Below, one piece after another: positions 1-11,514 of a DNA stretch of 64,000 nucleotides (its first letter is position 1; every line of letters starts with the position of its first letter). Both the position numbers and the translations under genes were made by a program. This stretch comes from a virus (taxonomy: Duplodnaviria > Heunggongvirae > Uroviricota > Caudoviricetes), in IMG/VR virus record IMGVR_UViG_3300014047_000001, positions 1-64,000 of that record. One strand, 5' to 3'. Below the pieces are notes generated by a model. That model was not told the origin of the DNA, did no database searches, and saw only the letters and a program-made list of their open reading frames with translations.

Positions 1-298
1 TGATATACCTAATACAAGTAATGTAAATCAAATAGGTTATAATATTAAAGGATCTGTTATACAAATTAACAGTATTCTTTATTTAAATACCATTATGAGC
101 AAGAAGAAAAACTTGCCGAATTATAAACTTGTATTAGATAATGAACGCTCAAAAGATAAAATATATAATACTCTTACATTATTAGTAATGGATGAAGAAC
201 CTTATTTTTTATCTATTGATTTAGCAGACATAAAGGAAATTATTAAATATAAAAAGAATATAACTATATTTGATAAATTAAAAAATATATTTAAATGA
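1..298 (+). CDS. hypothetical protein, 5' end outside window
   Basis: Frame 2 is open from position 2 into the track ORF 95..298. It ends at TGA 296-298, which overlaps the next ATG as ATGA. Confidence 0.4.
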   Translation, partial: DIPNTSNVNQIGYNIKGSVIQINSILYLNTIMSKKKNLPNYKLVLDNERSKDKIYNTLTLLVMDEEPYFLSIDLADIKEIIKYKKNITIFDKLKNIFK

Positions 299-861
299 AG
301 AATTTTCCATTTGATCATAACGGACAGGAATTTTGGTATTCACGTTCATGTACATCTGTTGCATTTGTATTTGCAAGAAGCAGAGAAACTGGTGAATGGC
401 ATGTATTAGCAAATAAAAGAGGTAAGAATGCTCCATCATGCAGAGGAATGTGGAATGTGCCGTGCGGATATTTAGATTTTGGTGAGAGAATTAGAGAAGC
501 GGCAGCTCGTGAAGCATATGAAGAAACCGGAATAAAAGTACCTGCATCATGTTTACGGTTCTTTCATATGAATGATAAACCAAAAGGGCAAAAGCAAAAT
601 ATAGCATTTTTACATTTTGGTATTTTAAATGATTATATAGAAGATTTACCATGTAATCTTGATCATATGGAACCTGGAGAAGTAGAAGAAGCTAAATGGA
701 TTCCTATTTCTCAATTAAAGAATTATAAATGGGCTTATCAGCATTATACTAAGATTATGGTGGTTTATGATACATTTGTAAATATTCCTTGGTATAAGAA
801 ATTATGGTTAAGTTTTGTATGGAGAATTACAGATCATTATAATAACATCTATACAGACTAA
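295..861 (+). CDS. Nudix hydrolase
   Basis: Nudix box G-x5-E-x7-REAYEETGI is present (GERIREAAAREAYEETGI). The ORF is intact and ends at TAA. Confidence 0.75.
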   Translation: MKNFPFDHNGQEFWYSRSCTSVAFVFARSRETGEWHVLANKRGKNAPSCRGMWNVPCGYLDFGERIREAAAREAYEETGIKVPASCLRFFHMNDKPKGQKQNIAFLHFGILNDYIEDLPCNLDHMEPGEVEEAKWIPISQLKNYKWAYQHYTKIMVVYDTFVNIPWYKKLWLSFVWRITDHYNNIYTD

Positions 862-1190
862 TTATAAAAAATAATATATAATAATTATAAATACAAATTT
901 GTATAGTTAATTTAGTATTCAACTTAATTTTCTGAATGGTTATTATGTTTGGCAAGATTCCTAAGAAATGTATTTGAAATGTTAGCAGGGCATAATGTTA
1001 AATGTTAGATATATGGAGGATGGTAAGGTTTTATGTCAACAATCCAAGCTTAATATGATTACGTAGGCATTAAAGGCGAATATAGATTAACGAAATTGGT
1101 TGGAACGTGTTTATAAAGAACACATTGGTAAATGTTGGCCGTGAGGTCAGCATTTATTTTTTATAAATATAGTATAATAAATGTGATATT
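862..1190. promoter_or_regulatory. 330-nt non-coding region with reiterated AAATGTTRG motifs
   Basis: All three plus-strand frames are closed by TAA/TGA. The motif AATGTTAG/AAATGTTGG occurs about four times between 975 and 1140. The region sits upstream of the long gene starting at 1218. Confidence 0.25.
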
Positions 1191-1217
1191 ATGAAATAGA
1201 TTATAATAAAGAAATCA

Positions 1218-3242
1218 ATGCTTTTAGAGATGGCTCGTCCTAAGGTAGAACGTACTATAGATCCACGCATATGGGCCGCTATGGCGTCACTTTGTTCACG
1301 TACCTATAAAAGTGACTTGGGAGAGTTTGCAAAGCCATTAGGGACAACGAAAGACGTGATAATGGCGAGATATGTATCAGGACTTATAATTATGAAATAG
1401 CCTTGCCCAACATCAGCAAATGACATAGATGAAATAAAAGCATTAAAGCAATATGGACATAAATTAGTTGACGAATTACATGTTCCTATTGAAGAGATAC
1501 AGACATTATATAATCAAAACTGTGGTAATTTACCAAAAGCGGAAATAAAGAAAGCATCTGCCAATAATTCTACCGGGGGATTCTTTAATCAAACAAATAT
1601 AGATAAACTTAAACAAACAAAAAAACCAAGTTTAACTGCAATAGCAAAAAAGGAAATAAAAAAATATATTACTTTTACTTATATAACACATCATGCAACA
1701 TTAGAAAAAAATGTAATTGCTGTTATATTAAAAGGTAGTGATAATCTTACATATTTCTCGTTAATATACCAACGAAAAAATAGTAGACATATTAGTATTG
1801 CTGATTATGTAGTTGATAATAAAAAAGTTCATATGATTAAATCAAAAGATTCAGATGAACTTCGTAATAATATGTTAGATGTTACAAAAAATTATATAAA
1901 TGATGATTTAAATTGCGATATAGATGATTGTGAAGTAACTTTTATAGCAAATGATTTTTCCGAATTATATTCAATATTAAATAATAATTTTAAGGAAATT
2001 ATAAATTTCTTAGAAGATCATATTGATGATATTGATACCACACAAAATACAAGAATAGAAATAGGTACACCTTTATATGCTAATTTATATAGAAAAGAAA
2101 AAGGATATGGGTAGGATGCATAGAGTTATTCTATAGATGATATAAGTGGCAAAGAGGTAGAGTTTAATGATTATGGATATACATATAAATCTATAAAAGT
2201 TGGAGAATGCATAGATATTTCCGGATCATATTATAAATTCTTATTAGATGTTAATAAAGTTGTTACATCAGTAGAAAGAACAAGTAGTATGAATAGAAGC
2301 GATAATTATTATTCAAAAGGGGTAAAATCGTTATATTCTCAAAATACAATAACAAATTATGTTCCTAAATATAAGATTCCTTATTATACTACTGCTGCAG
2401 ATGCAAAGAAAGATTTTGACGGTATAATGAATAGCATATTATTATCTAATAATTTTGATAATTATTCATTTAGCTATGGAGGTAATTGGATGATTGCTGG
2501 AGAATATTTAAGAGCATCATGGTCATATTATGATTTTAATGCAATATCATTAAAAGGTGGACAATATTTGCCGGCATTAGGAGAACTTATAAAATTATAT
2601 AAGAAAACTCCTGCTATGCAAAAACTTTCAGGTTTTTGGTGGAGTTCTACTCCTGCAGATAAAACAAAATTCTGGACATATGATGGCAGTAGAGCAAAAG
2701 CATTAGATATAATAAAAGATATGGCGCATGTTTCCCCTATAATTGCAATAAAGAAAAATAATATAGAGTGGGTACAATTAAATAATTATTTACGATTAGA
2801 TCCTATACAAATATATAGAGGTGATCCAACTAATTTTAGAATGAAACCAGTGGTAAAATTAACATTAGATGATATTAAGAAAAAATATAATTCATTATCT
2901 CTTATCACTCCAGTATTGAAAAAATATATGAAAGAAAAGGTTCCAATGGCAAGTGAAAACAGATATGAATTTATGCATAGAGATATGTTTAATAATCATT
3001 GGAATTATACAATAAATGGTATTGAATTATATAAAAATGAATTATTTTTCAATTACTGGACAGGCGGGGATTCTACTGATGAAGATGGTTCTATTTCTTT
3101 CGATGAATTACCACGATATGCGGGTCAGAGAAGTAAAATACATGCAAGACATGCAGGAACTACCATGACATTAGAATATGAAGATATGTTGTTAACAGCA
3201 TAGAAGTTCTTATATGAGATAATTAAAAAATATGGAGAATAA
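1218..3242 (+). CDS. hypothetical large protein (~675 aa) read through TAG codons
   Basis: Track ORFs 1218..1400, 1833..2114 and 2289..3203 are all frame 0 and separated only by TAG (1398, 2112, 2121, 3201). The first TAA is at 3240-3242. An alternative ATG lies at 1191. Confidence 0.55.
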
Positions 3243-3245
3243 CTT

Positions 3246-3593
3246 ATGGATGATAAAGAATACATTTGTCCACGATGTAAAGAAGGAATAGTACAAAGTA
3301 ATAATACAGGAATTGTAGAAATATATTTCTGGAAAGAACCTACATGTAGAAGTTTAGAAGAATTTAAGAAAAAATTTGGCCAAAAAGAACGAGCAATGAG
3401 GAAATTTGAATTTCATTATAAAAAATGTAATCAATGTGATTATGTAGTTTTATATGAATATAGAGAAATTCCATATTGGAATGAAAATATTGATTATACT
3501 AATTATCCTTTTATAGAAGGAGATATTATAAAAAACTGGAAATATGGAGCTAATAGCAATATTTATATAGGATCTAAAGTAATACAGTGGTAA
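3246..3593 (+). CDS. zinc-ribbon-like protein (CxxC...CxxC)
   Basis: 115-aa ORF with paired Cys motifs (CPRC...CNQC). It ends at TAA. Confidence 0.5.
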   Translation: MDDKEYICPRCKEGIVQSNNTGIVEIYFWKEPTCRSLEEFKKKFGQKERAMRKFEFHYKKCNQCDYVVLYEYREIPYWNENIDYTNYPFIEGDIIKNWKYGANSNIYIGSKVIQW

Positions 3594-3645
3594 TAACAAT
3601 AATCAATATAAGAATTATTATAGATAAAAATTTTAAATTAGTAAT

Positions 3646-4065
3646 ATGGCAATGTTTATATATAAAGATGGGTAGTTTACACCATCAGAAACAACAAAAA
3701 AGGAATTGATTTATACAGATTATACTGTTATAAAAGAAAATGTAGATAAAGAATACATTGAAAAAGATGGTACAATAAAGAGCACTAAGCATGATGGATA
3801 TTTAGGTGTATGGTCATATGAATTAGAAAAAGGTGCGCGTACATATTATATTGTACAAGATGATGAAATAAAAGAAGTCATTCTTTATAAGCAGCCTTCA
3901 CAGGGTGATACTGTTTATTATATTATTGAAATAAATGGTTCTATGTATAATTGTATTCCTGAAGATAATGATATAATTTATTCTACTTATAAAGAAGCGC
4001 GAATAAATTTGTTGGAACATTTACAAGCAGCAACAGATTTCATTCAATTAAGACAACAGATATAA
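3646..4065 (+). CDS. hypothetical protein
   Basis: ATG at 3646 is in frame with track ORF 3706..4065, which starts on TTG. One in-frame TAG lies near 3673. Confidence 0.45.
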
Positions 4066-4066
4066 G

Positions 4067-4106
4067 AAAAACGATGGTGGTTAAGCAACACCATCGTTTT
4101 CTTTTA
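4067..4106. terminator. rho-independent terminator hairpin (bidirectional)
   Basis: AAAACGATGGTG-loop-CACCATCGTTTT followed by a T-run. It lies between convergent genes. Confidence 0.5.
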
Positions 4107-4305
4107 TTATAAAACCTTCAATAATTTTTAATGCATCTTCTTTATCTACTTTATATTTTACACCCGCTTTTGTATGAATTTGGAGTGTATTTGCATTTAA
4201 AGTTTCTATAGAATCTATGCTATCCTCATTAACATATAAGTCAGATTTATGCTCTGTACCATTTCCGGATGTCCAAATCTCTGTAAATTTTAATAATCTT
4301 ACCAT
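4081..4305 (-). CDS. hypothetical protein
   Basis: 74-aa ORF. Its start overlaps the stop of the upstream gene (4299..4790). Confidence 0.45.
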   Translation of the reverse strand: MVRLLKFTEIWTSGNGTEHKSDLYVNEDSIDSIETLNANTLQIHTKAGVKYKVDKEDALKIIEGFIIKENDGVA

Positions 4306-4790
4306 TGCATTTCCTCATTAAAAAATTCGTCTATGTTATTATATAATTTAATCTTATAACGTTCTGCCACTATACGAACATTATCATAACGATAGAATTC
4401 TGGTGGGCAGATAATAAATAATTTCTTTGAACGTGCAAATAATCCAAGTTCTAATAAAGATATTGGAGACTTTGAATTAGGAAGCAAATTCATAAGTATT
4501 ATATTTGCTTTTTCTAAATGGTCTAACTCCCAATTAACTTGATATTCCATTTCATCTTTATCATCTCCCCAACTTTCTAAACGACGAGGGTTATAAAGAT
4601 GTATAGAGCTTTCTTTTGTTACTTTATCTTTATTCTCTTTTGCAAATTCTTCAAAACGTAATTTTACATCATGTTGCCAATCCTCACTGTCACCCATATC
4701 AATAGTTCCAGCTAAAAATATACTTAATACATTATTATTAATTATTTTACCTTCTGCTGTATGCGGTTTTATTTCTACTATATCAATCAT
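4299..4790 (-). CDS. nucleoside 2-deoxyribosyltransferase-like protein (tentative)
   Basis: 163-aa ORF. An N-terminal FLAGTIDMG motif is reminiscent of the flavodoxin-like deoxyribosyltransferase/DNPH1 fold. This is a weak, motif-level call. Confidence 0.35.
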   Translation of the reverse strand: MIDIVEIKPHTAEGKIINNNVLSIFLAGTIDMGDSEDWQHDVKLRFEEFAKENKDKVTKESSIHLYNPRRLESWGDDKDEMEYQVNWELDHLEKANIILMNLLPNSKSPISLLELGLFARSKKLFIICPPEFYRYDNVRIVAERYKIKLYNNIDEFFNEEMQW

Positions 4791-4952
4791 AATATATCAT
4801 TATTTTTTATAATATACTTAAATTAAACACCAAAAAAAGCAAATTGTTTTAATATATTTGTTAAAATTATCAAATATAATGAACTTTTTTATAAAAATAT
4901 TTTTTTATATCAATATATTATTGTAATTTTGTAACATGAAATAAAAGCGTAT

Positions 4953-5612
4953 ATGGAAAAAAATGACGAGAATATTACAATTAATGGTCCAGATAATCTA
5001 AAATTTGGCATTGATGAGTTTAAAAATCTCTCAAATGATAAGAATAAGAATATAACAAAAATATTAAAAAAAGAAATTATGAACGAAGCAGTAAAGTGGT
5101 GCGAAGAAAACATTAAGGGTTTCAACGTTTCCGTAAATACAGACGAGCAGGGTAATATCATTATTACCGGTAATTGCTATATCGATGATCCGAATATAGA
5201 AATGCTCCCTTATCGAATTCACAAGGTTGAAGGCAATTTCAGTGTTTGTGGTGATGCTACTGTCCCTCGTGTGATGGGGCTAAAGAGTCTGAATAATTTT
5301 CCAAGAATTGTTACGGGAAACTTCAAAATAAATCTGAATCATGAACTTACCTCTTTGGCAGGCGGACCTGTTGAAGTTGGCGGATATTATAATTGTGCGC
5401 ATTGTAATCTCAAAAATCTTAATGGCATTGCATCAAAGATTGGACAGTATATTGTTGCATATAAGAATCCATTTACAGATATTGATGATCTTGAAAATGT
5501 AGAATTCAGTAATATTGATTTGGAATATTGCGACGGTATTATGGAATCTGCAATGTATACAAAGCTTAAGGATAATGGTAAACTTTATGAAAATACTCAA
5601 TATAAAACATAA
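4953..5612 (+). CDS. hypothetical protein
   Basis: 219-aa intact ORF. A Bacteroides-type TAnnTTTG-like element (TATATTTG) lies upstream near 4850. Confidence 0.5.
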   Translation: MEKNDENITINGPDNLKFGIDEFKNLSNDKNKNITKILKKEIMNEAVKWCEENIKGFNVSVNTDEQGNIIITGNCYIDDPNIEMLPYRIHKVEGNFSVCGDATVPRVMGLKSLNNFPRIVTGNFKINLNHELTSLAGGPVEVGGYYNCAHCNLKNLNGIASKIGQYIVAYKNPFTDIDDLENVEFSNIDLEYCDGIMESAMYTKLKDNGKLYENTQYKT

Positions 5613-5614
5613 AT

Positions 5615-5839
5615 ATGAAACCCTCTGAATATACACGACCTCGATTAAGATGTATTAAAGCTTTTGAATTTGAAGATTCTGAAGCATGTGTTTTTGAAGT
5701 TAATATAGGCGATATTATACATACATGGTTTTGGAATAGTTTGGCAAGATGTTATTATCTTGATTTAGAAAAAGACTATTGTACAGAATATTGTAATTTA
5801 ACCGAAGAAGAATTAGATGAATATTTTGAACTTATATAA
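5615..5839 (+). CDS. hypothetical protein
   Basis: 74-aa ORF tightly packed after the previous gene. Confidence 0.4.
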   Translation: MKPSEYTRPRLRCIKAFEFEDSEACVFEVNIGDIIHTWFWNSLARCYYLDLEKDYCTEYCNLTEEELDEYFELI

Positions 5840-5850
5840 AGAATAAATTT

Positions 5851-6135
5851 ATGGTATTAAACACTAAGCAGTTAAAGAAACCATCCCAGTCGATTATTAT
5901 TTTAAAATCTACTCTTCCGGGTGTATATGGAGTTTATATTTTTAAAGCAGAAGATTTCTACTTTAGATATTATGGTACAGGCGAACCTGGGGGTGCCCGT
6001 CGTATTCATGAAGATATTGTAGATACATATATGAGATCTGAAGAGAATACATGGGGATATAATAAGGAGACTTTGATGGAATCTACAACCATTGAAATTA
6101 TAAACGATATGAATGCTTTTTATATTGAGTTATAA
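5851..6135 (+). CDS. hypothetical protein
   Basis: 94-aa ORF. Confidence 0.4.
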   Translation: MVLNTKQLKKPSQSIIILKSTLPGVYGVYIFKAEDFYFRYYGTGEPGGARRIHEDIVDTYMRSEENTWGYNKETLMESTTIEIINDMNAFYIEL

Positions 6136-6221
6136 ATATCTCATAATATATGATATTAAATCAACAGGATACTAAGGCACAATATTAAACCTTTAGTTTA
6201 TCCCTTGGTATTATTCATATA

Positions 6222-6275
6222 TTTTCCCGAATGACAGGAGAAGTGCACATCCTGAATCATTCGGGATTTTTATAA
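6222..6275. terminator. terminator-like long hairpin
   Basis: TCCCGAATGA...TCATTCGGGA arms with an internal sub-stem, followed by TTTTTAT. It lies downstream of 5851..6135. Confidence 0.35.
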
Positions 6276-6383
6276 ATATATTACAAGTACAACAATTAAT
6301 TTAGAATTATGAGCTTTTTTGGAAATAAAGAAAATATTGAAAAACTAAAATAGTAGGATAAGTAGAAGCAATCTGTTCGAAAT

Positions 6384-6965
6384 ATGATAAGAGAGATCAA
6401 GCGAGCAGATTTAGGAGATATTGTATTATTTTCAAAAGATGAAAATACTTTTGTTGTTTATAAACCTGATTGGAACTTACCATTAGATGATCCAAATTTT
6501 ATTGTTATCGGTATTGTTCTCGCACAAACAGAAACATTCAAAACTACTGTATTAATAAAAAGTTTCTTAATGGACTTGCCATTAAGAATACCAAGTAGTT
6601 ATTATGGAAAAGAACAATATATTCCGGTTTATGTAAAGTAGATGTTTGAAAGGTATGCAAGGGGATTTATAAAGAAATGTCCAAGTTATAAGAAATTAAA
6701 GAGGATGAAACTCAGAATTCTTTCTCTCACAAACCTCCTTGATTTTCTCAGCTATTCCATAATGTATGAATAGCTTAAAAAGATTATAGGTGATGAGAAA
6801 ACAAAGGAATTTTACAAGAAGATAGAGAACTATCACATATATGTAAATGATAGGGGTAAGTTGCGTACCTGGCAAAAGCCAAAAAATGAGAAAGATGATA
6901 ATAATGTAGAAGATGTCAGTACGGTTGGGGGTCATTTTCTTACAGTGTTTGATTTTTAGATTTAA
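6384..6965 (+). CDS. hypothetical protein with TAG read-through
   Basis: Frame 0 continues from track ORF 6384..6641 through TAGs at 6639 and about 6780 and 6957, to TAA at 6963-6965. The antisense track ORF 6696..6935 is low-complexity. Confidence 0.4.
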
Positions 6966-7729
6966 ACTCGTTTAGGACGTTTCACTCCTTTAATATAATA
7001 TGCACCAATAGGAGAACTTGTATGACGAGCATCTTGATAACGGGCTATTTCTATTTGATGCATATTGAATTTTTGATGTATCTTATATTTCTCCCATCCA
7101 GTATATCCAACTTGATGTAATTTATCCCAGAATTCATTATACTATGCTTCATTTTGGAATACCCATCCTTTATTAATACCAACAACAGTATTCTTACCAA
7201 TAGGAGTAAATTTAATTTTCTTAAATTTATTAATAAAATCCTAATCTAACTCTATGAAATTTTGATCGGATATGTAATGATTATAACCTTGATAATCTAG
7301 CCATAATCCGCAATTCATTATACCATGACACATCCATATACCTTCTATCTTACCATCAATTAACCTACCTATCTCATAAACTTCATAATCACTATCTTTA
7401 ATAAGCTCAAATATTGTAGGTGTTATATCTAAACAACCATGCTATCCGCTATAAATTGCTATTTGCTTTGTACTTACAAGCTTTATGATAAATTCTTCAC
7501 CAAATCCTTCTAAATTGAAATGTGCTTCTAATTCATCATAATTTACTTCTACATGTATTTTTGTATCAACAGCAACGAATCCCGGGTACACAACATGAAC
7601 AATGAATTTGTTTAAGTATTTAATACATTCATCAAGATAATGTTTGTTTATTTCATTATGTATTGTATTTGATAAATTTTTATTTTTATTATCTTTTACG
7701 CTGTTGAAATCAAAGTTCTCAAATAACAT
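6962..7729 (-). CDS. hypothetical protein
   Basis: Track ORF 7442..7729 ends on TAG. Manual translation continues in frame through three TAGs to TAA at 6962-6964, about 255 aa. A 57-nt divergent gap separates it from the terminase gene. Confidence 0.5.
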
Positions 7730-7786
7730 AAATTTAAAATAGTATTTTTATATTTATAAATACTTTATAAAACGAGCATTTATTTT

Positions 7787-9982
7787 ATGGCAAGAATTCG
7801 TAGACAATATGATATAAGAAGCAATGCTTTGGATAAACAGTCAGAGAAAGAAAAGCGCTCAAAGATTTATACATCAGAAATAATAGAAGAAATATTAAAA
7901 GATAAAACCGGTAAATAGGATTTAAATCCATTTTGGCATGGTCAAATAAATTACAGGGATTCTGGCGTTATTTTTGAGTATACTGATTGGGAAAAACATG
8001 AATTAGAAAAATGTGCAGATGATTGTTTATACTTTGCAGAGCATTATGCAAAATTTAAGAATGATAAAGGACACACACTTGTAAAACTTCGCGATTATCA
8101 AAAGCGTTTGCTTAGATTATTCAGTGAAGAAGAATATGATCCTGTATCTGAAACAGTTATTCCAAAAAATTCAAGAGCAATACTTCTTTAGAGTAGATAG
8201 ACTGGTAAGACAACAACAGTATGCTGTTATTTTACCTGGTTCCTTATATTCCATGATGATAAGACAAGTTTCGTGTCTGCAAATAAAGGATCAACTGGTA
8301 AAGAAATTATAAGTAAGATTAAAGACGTTCTTGAAGGTTTGCCATTCTTTATGAAACCTGGTATATTGAACCTTAGTGAAACTCGTATAAAATTTGAAAA
8401 TGGTTCATCGCTAAAAACAGCAGCAGCTTCTAAATCTCCTGCTACTGGTGATTCTTTACAGTTATTATATATTGATGAGGCTGCCCTTATTCCTGCACAT
8501 ATTATTGATGAATATTGGGCATCTATTCAGCCAACAATGTCTTCATTTAGAGGTAATCAGATTATATTTTCATCTACTCCACGCGGTAAAGGTAATTTAT
8601 TCTATAACATATATACAAAAGCAATTCCTTGGGATTCTCCGGCAAGAAAAGATCCAGCAAATAAAAATAAGTTTGTTAGCTCTCGTGTAGACTGGTGGGA
8701 AGTTCCTGGTCGTGATGAAGAATGGGAAAAACAACAGAGAGATGAATTAGGAGATGAGAAGTTTAATCGAGAATTTGGATTATCTTTTGAATCATCTACT
8801 ACACGTCTTATTAATGCATGGACTATTAATTTCATGAATAAAATTAAGAAACACTTTGTTTCAAGACCATTATATAATGTTCCTAATGATATATGTGAAA
8901 AGATTATATGGCACCCGGATTTTGATCCAAACTCATTAACATTATATGATTTGCTATATAATATATTCTTATTTGTTATTGACTTAGCACAAGGTATAGA
9001 AGCAGGTGTTGCAGGTAAAGAAGATGCAGACTATAATATTATACATATATATCGTATAGAATTGATGTCGCCAAGGAAGATAGAAGAAAACCGAGATTGG
9101 CAACATCCTATTGATATACGTAATGTTATACAATATAAAGAAATTGGTATTTATGCAGATAATTTTAAAGATGAGGAAATGTGTGCAGAAGCATGCAAGT
9201 ATTTAGCATTCAATGTATTTAAAACAGGATATAGTGACGGTGTGAATAATATTGATAATGTACGAATTTTATATGAAGTAAATTTCAATGGTAAAAACTG
9301 GTATAATAAATTTAAAGCACATCCGGGTTTTTATGATCAGATTATTATAAAAACACAAAATGGGGTAGATAAGAACGGAAATCCTGTACTTATGAATGGT
9401 TTCAGAACAAAGAATGGTTCAAAAGGAAAGAAATACTATTGTGATTTGGGAGAAAAAATGTTACGTCAACGTTAGATTATTGTGTCACAATATGATTCTA
9501 ATATTAATCTGTCTACAATATATCAATTAGAAAACTTTGGTAAAGATAAGAAAGGTAATTATAATGGAGCTGCTTGCCATGACGACTTATCTATAACTGT
9601 ATTTTTTGTAAGTATTGCTGGTGAATAGGAATATTTCAGAATATGGGTTGAAGAATGGTTAGAGAATATGATATTGACTCCAAAAGTTTAGATAATCCGC
9701 CAGATGTTAGAAATGTATGTAGAAACTGAACCAGAAATTACTGATCAAGAATTTACGGGATTCTATAATATGGCATCTGCTGGATTTGGTAAGATTACAA
9801 AACAGAGTAATTCATATAGTTCTTTAATGAATGGTAACAATACAAATAATTATGGATTATAGTAGCCGAGATATGGTAATATGCAACCGCGATATGGCAA
9901 TATGTAGCCGAGATATAATGGAATGCCTTATTAGTCTTAGCGAAATATAGCAGCAATGTCCAGATTTGTTAAATTTAAATGA
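7787..9982 (+). CDS. terL: terminase large subunit (T4 gp17-like)
   Basis: ATG at 7787 is in frame 2 with track ORF 8273..9475. The Walker A SRQTGKTTT, matching the T4 gp17 SRQLGKT motif, has its conserved Gln encoded by TAG. A Walker B-like LLYIDEAA follows. About 11 in-frame TAGs are present, and the gene terminates at TGA 9980-9982. Confidence 0.8.
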
Positions 9983-10010
9983 TGTATGTTTCCATACATC
10001 ATTTTTTATT
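9979..10010 (+). terminator. rho-independent terminator after terL
   Basis: ATGATGTAT-GTTTCC-ATACATCAT followed by TTTTTT. Confidence 0.5.
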
Positions 10011-10081
10011 GTTAAATATTTCCAATATATAAACTATTATAAAAAATAAAGTAAAATATAAAATGTTATCTTTGTATATTA

Positions 10082-10261
10082 ATGGAAATAAAGTTTTGTA
10101 AAGAGAAAATAAATCAAGGTGATTGTCAAACTTGCACACGTTATAAATCAAATAGTTATGATTATACAATAAAATGTACAGTTACAGATAATGATATTAT
10201 TAATGATTTTCAAGGCTTTTATTGTCCATTATATAATAATGGCGAACCTATAAAGATTTAA
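10082..10261 (+). CDS. small Cys-rich protein
   Basis: 59-aa ORF (MEIKFCKEK...), below the track cut-off. It ends at TAA. Confidence 0.3.
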   Translation: MEIKFCKEKINQGDCQTCTRYKSNSYDYTIKCTVTDNDIINDFQGFYCPLYNNGEPIKI

Positions 10262-10267
10262 TAGTTT

Positions 10268-10573
10268 ATGTTATATGTAAAACCACATGGATATTATTAT
10301 GTTGAAGGCATCGGCTGTATTAATTATGCAGATATTCAACATGGTTTAATTTCATGTTATAATGGATGCCCATTTTTTACACAATGTGATTCAGATGAAA
10401 GAAGTTATTGTAAAGCAAATACAGACACAATATTTCTTAAACTTATAGTAAAATCTGGTCATGTTATAAATGTTCCATATAAGTATTATAATGAATTTGC
10501 AAAGCATTGCAAATATTTGGGTATGCCATTATATGATATAAAGGTAGGTCAAAAATTAACAGCAGAACCATAA
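10268..10573 (+). CDS. Cys-rich hypothetical protein
   Basis: 101-aa ORF. Confidence 0.45.
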   Translation: MLYVKPHGYYYVEGIGCINYADIQHGLISCYNGCPFFTQCDSDERSYCKANTDTIFLKLIVKSGHVINVPYKYYNEFAKHCKYLGMPLYDIKVGQKLTAEP

Positions 10574-10974
10574 TGGCAACAATAAATGATATTTCTGGAA
10601 ATATTATAAAACAAACAGTAAAAAAAGCTTTAGAAGAAGCTTTTATAGAAGAATCATTTAAAGAAAAAACAAATGAATCTCAAAATAAATTATGGGATAA
10701 AGATAAACTTATATTAATATTCTATATTGGTATTGGAGGTATTAGTCAACAAAAAGCATATGAAATATTACAAAATATAAGTCATGAAATAGAAGATATG
10801 TTTGATGAATCGGTTAAATCAATTATTATGCCTGTAAGAGATAGAGGCGATATAAGGGTAGAACCAATTTATATGCAGACAATTACAAATAATGAAGATA
10901 ATAATCGTTTAATGGAAACAATTAATAAATTAGAACGAGCAGTAAAAAACTTATATGATACACAAATCGCTTAA
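10573..10974 (+). CDS. hypothetical protein
   Basis: 133-aa ORF. Its start overlaps the stop of the previous gene. Confidence 0.45.
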   Translation: MATINDISGNIIKQTVKKALEEAFIEESFKEKTNESQNKLWDKDKLILIFYIGIGGISQQKAYEILQNISHEIEDMFDESVKSIIMPVRDRGDIRVEPIYMQTITNNEDNNRLMETINKLERAVKNLYDTQIA

Positions 10975-11512
10975 TAAAACAAAGGAACGTCAGAGACAAT
11001 ATGACATAGCATATATGAAGATGGCAGAAGCTTTTGCTACTTTAAGTTATGCAAAGAGAAAACAGGTTGGTGCAATTATTGTTTCTAAGAATGATCAGGT
11101 CATTTCACAAGGGTTTAATGGTACTCCTCATGGATTCTCTAATATATGTGAAGAGATTCTATTTGCTGATGATGTTAAATTAAACTTGGATAATGATATT
11201 GAAAAGTTTAATGCATATGCAGATAATCTTGCTGCAGGTACATGGCAAAAAATGTCAGAGATTCCATATAGACTAAAAACAAAACCTGAAGTATTACATG
11301 CAGAGACTAATGCTATTACTAAATGTGCAAAATACAGTAATTCTACAGAAGGTGCAACATTATATGTAACATTAGCTCCATGTTTGAATTGTGCAAAGCT
11401 TATTGTTCAGGCGGAGATTGCAAGAGTAGTATATAAGGAATATTATAATGAGGATGCAGGACTTAATTTCCTTAGATCTTGTGGGGTGGAGGTCGTAGAG
11501 TTAACATATTAA
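10955..11512 (+). CDS. dCMP deaminase
   Basis: Zinc-binding HAETNAI and PCLNC motifs of the cytidine/deoxycytidylate deaminase family are present. There are no internal TAGs. Confidence 0.75.
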   Translation: MIHKSLNKTKERQRQYDIAYMKMAEAFATLSYAKRKQVGAIIVSKNDQVISQGFNGTPHGFSNICEEILFADDVKLNLDNDIEKFNAYADNLAAGTWQKMSEIPYRLKTKPEVLHAETNAITKCAKYSNSTEGATLYVTLAPCLNCAKLIVQAEIARVVYKEYYNEDAGLNFLRSCGVEVVELTY

Positions 11513-11514
11513 AT

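Noticed and set aside
6696-6935. Minus ORF 6696..6935
   Set aside because: It is a hydrophobic low-complexity translation overlapping a more protein-like plus-strand read-through gene (6384..6965).
8448-8835. ORFs 8448..8690 (plus) and 8602..8835 (minus) inside terL
   Set aside because: They are embedded in the well-supported terminase frame.
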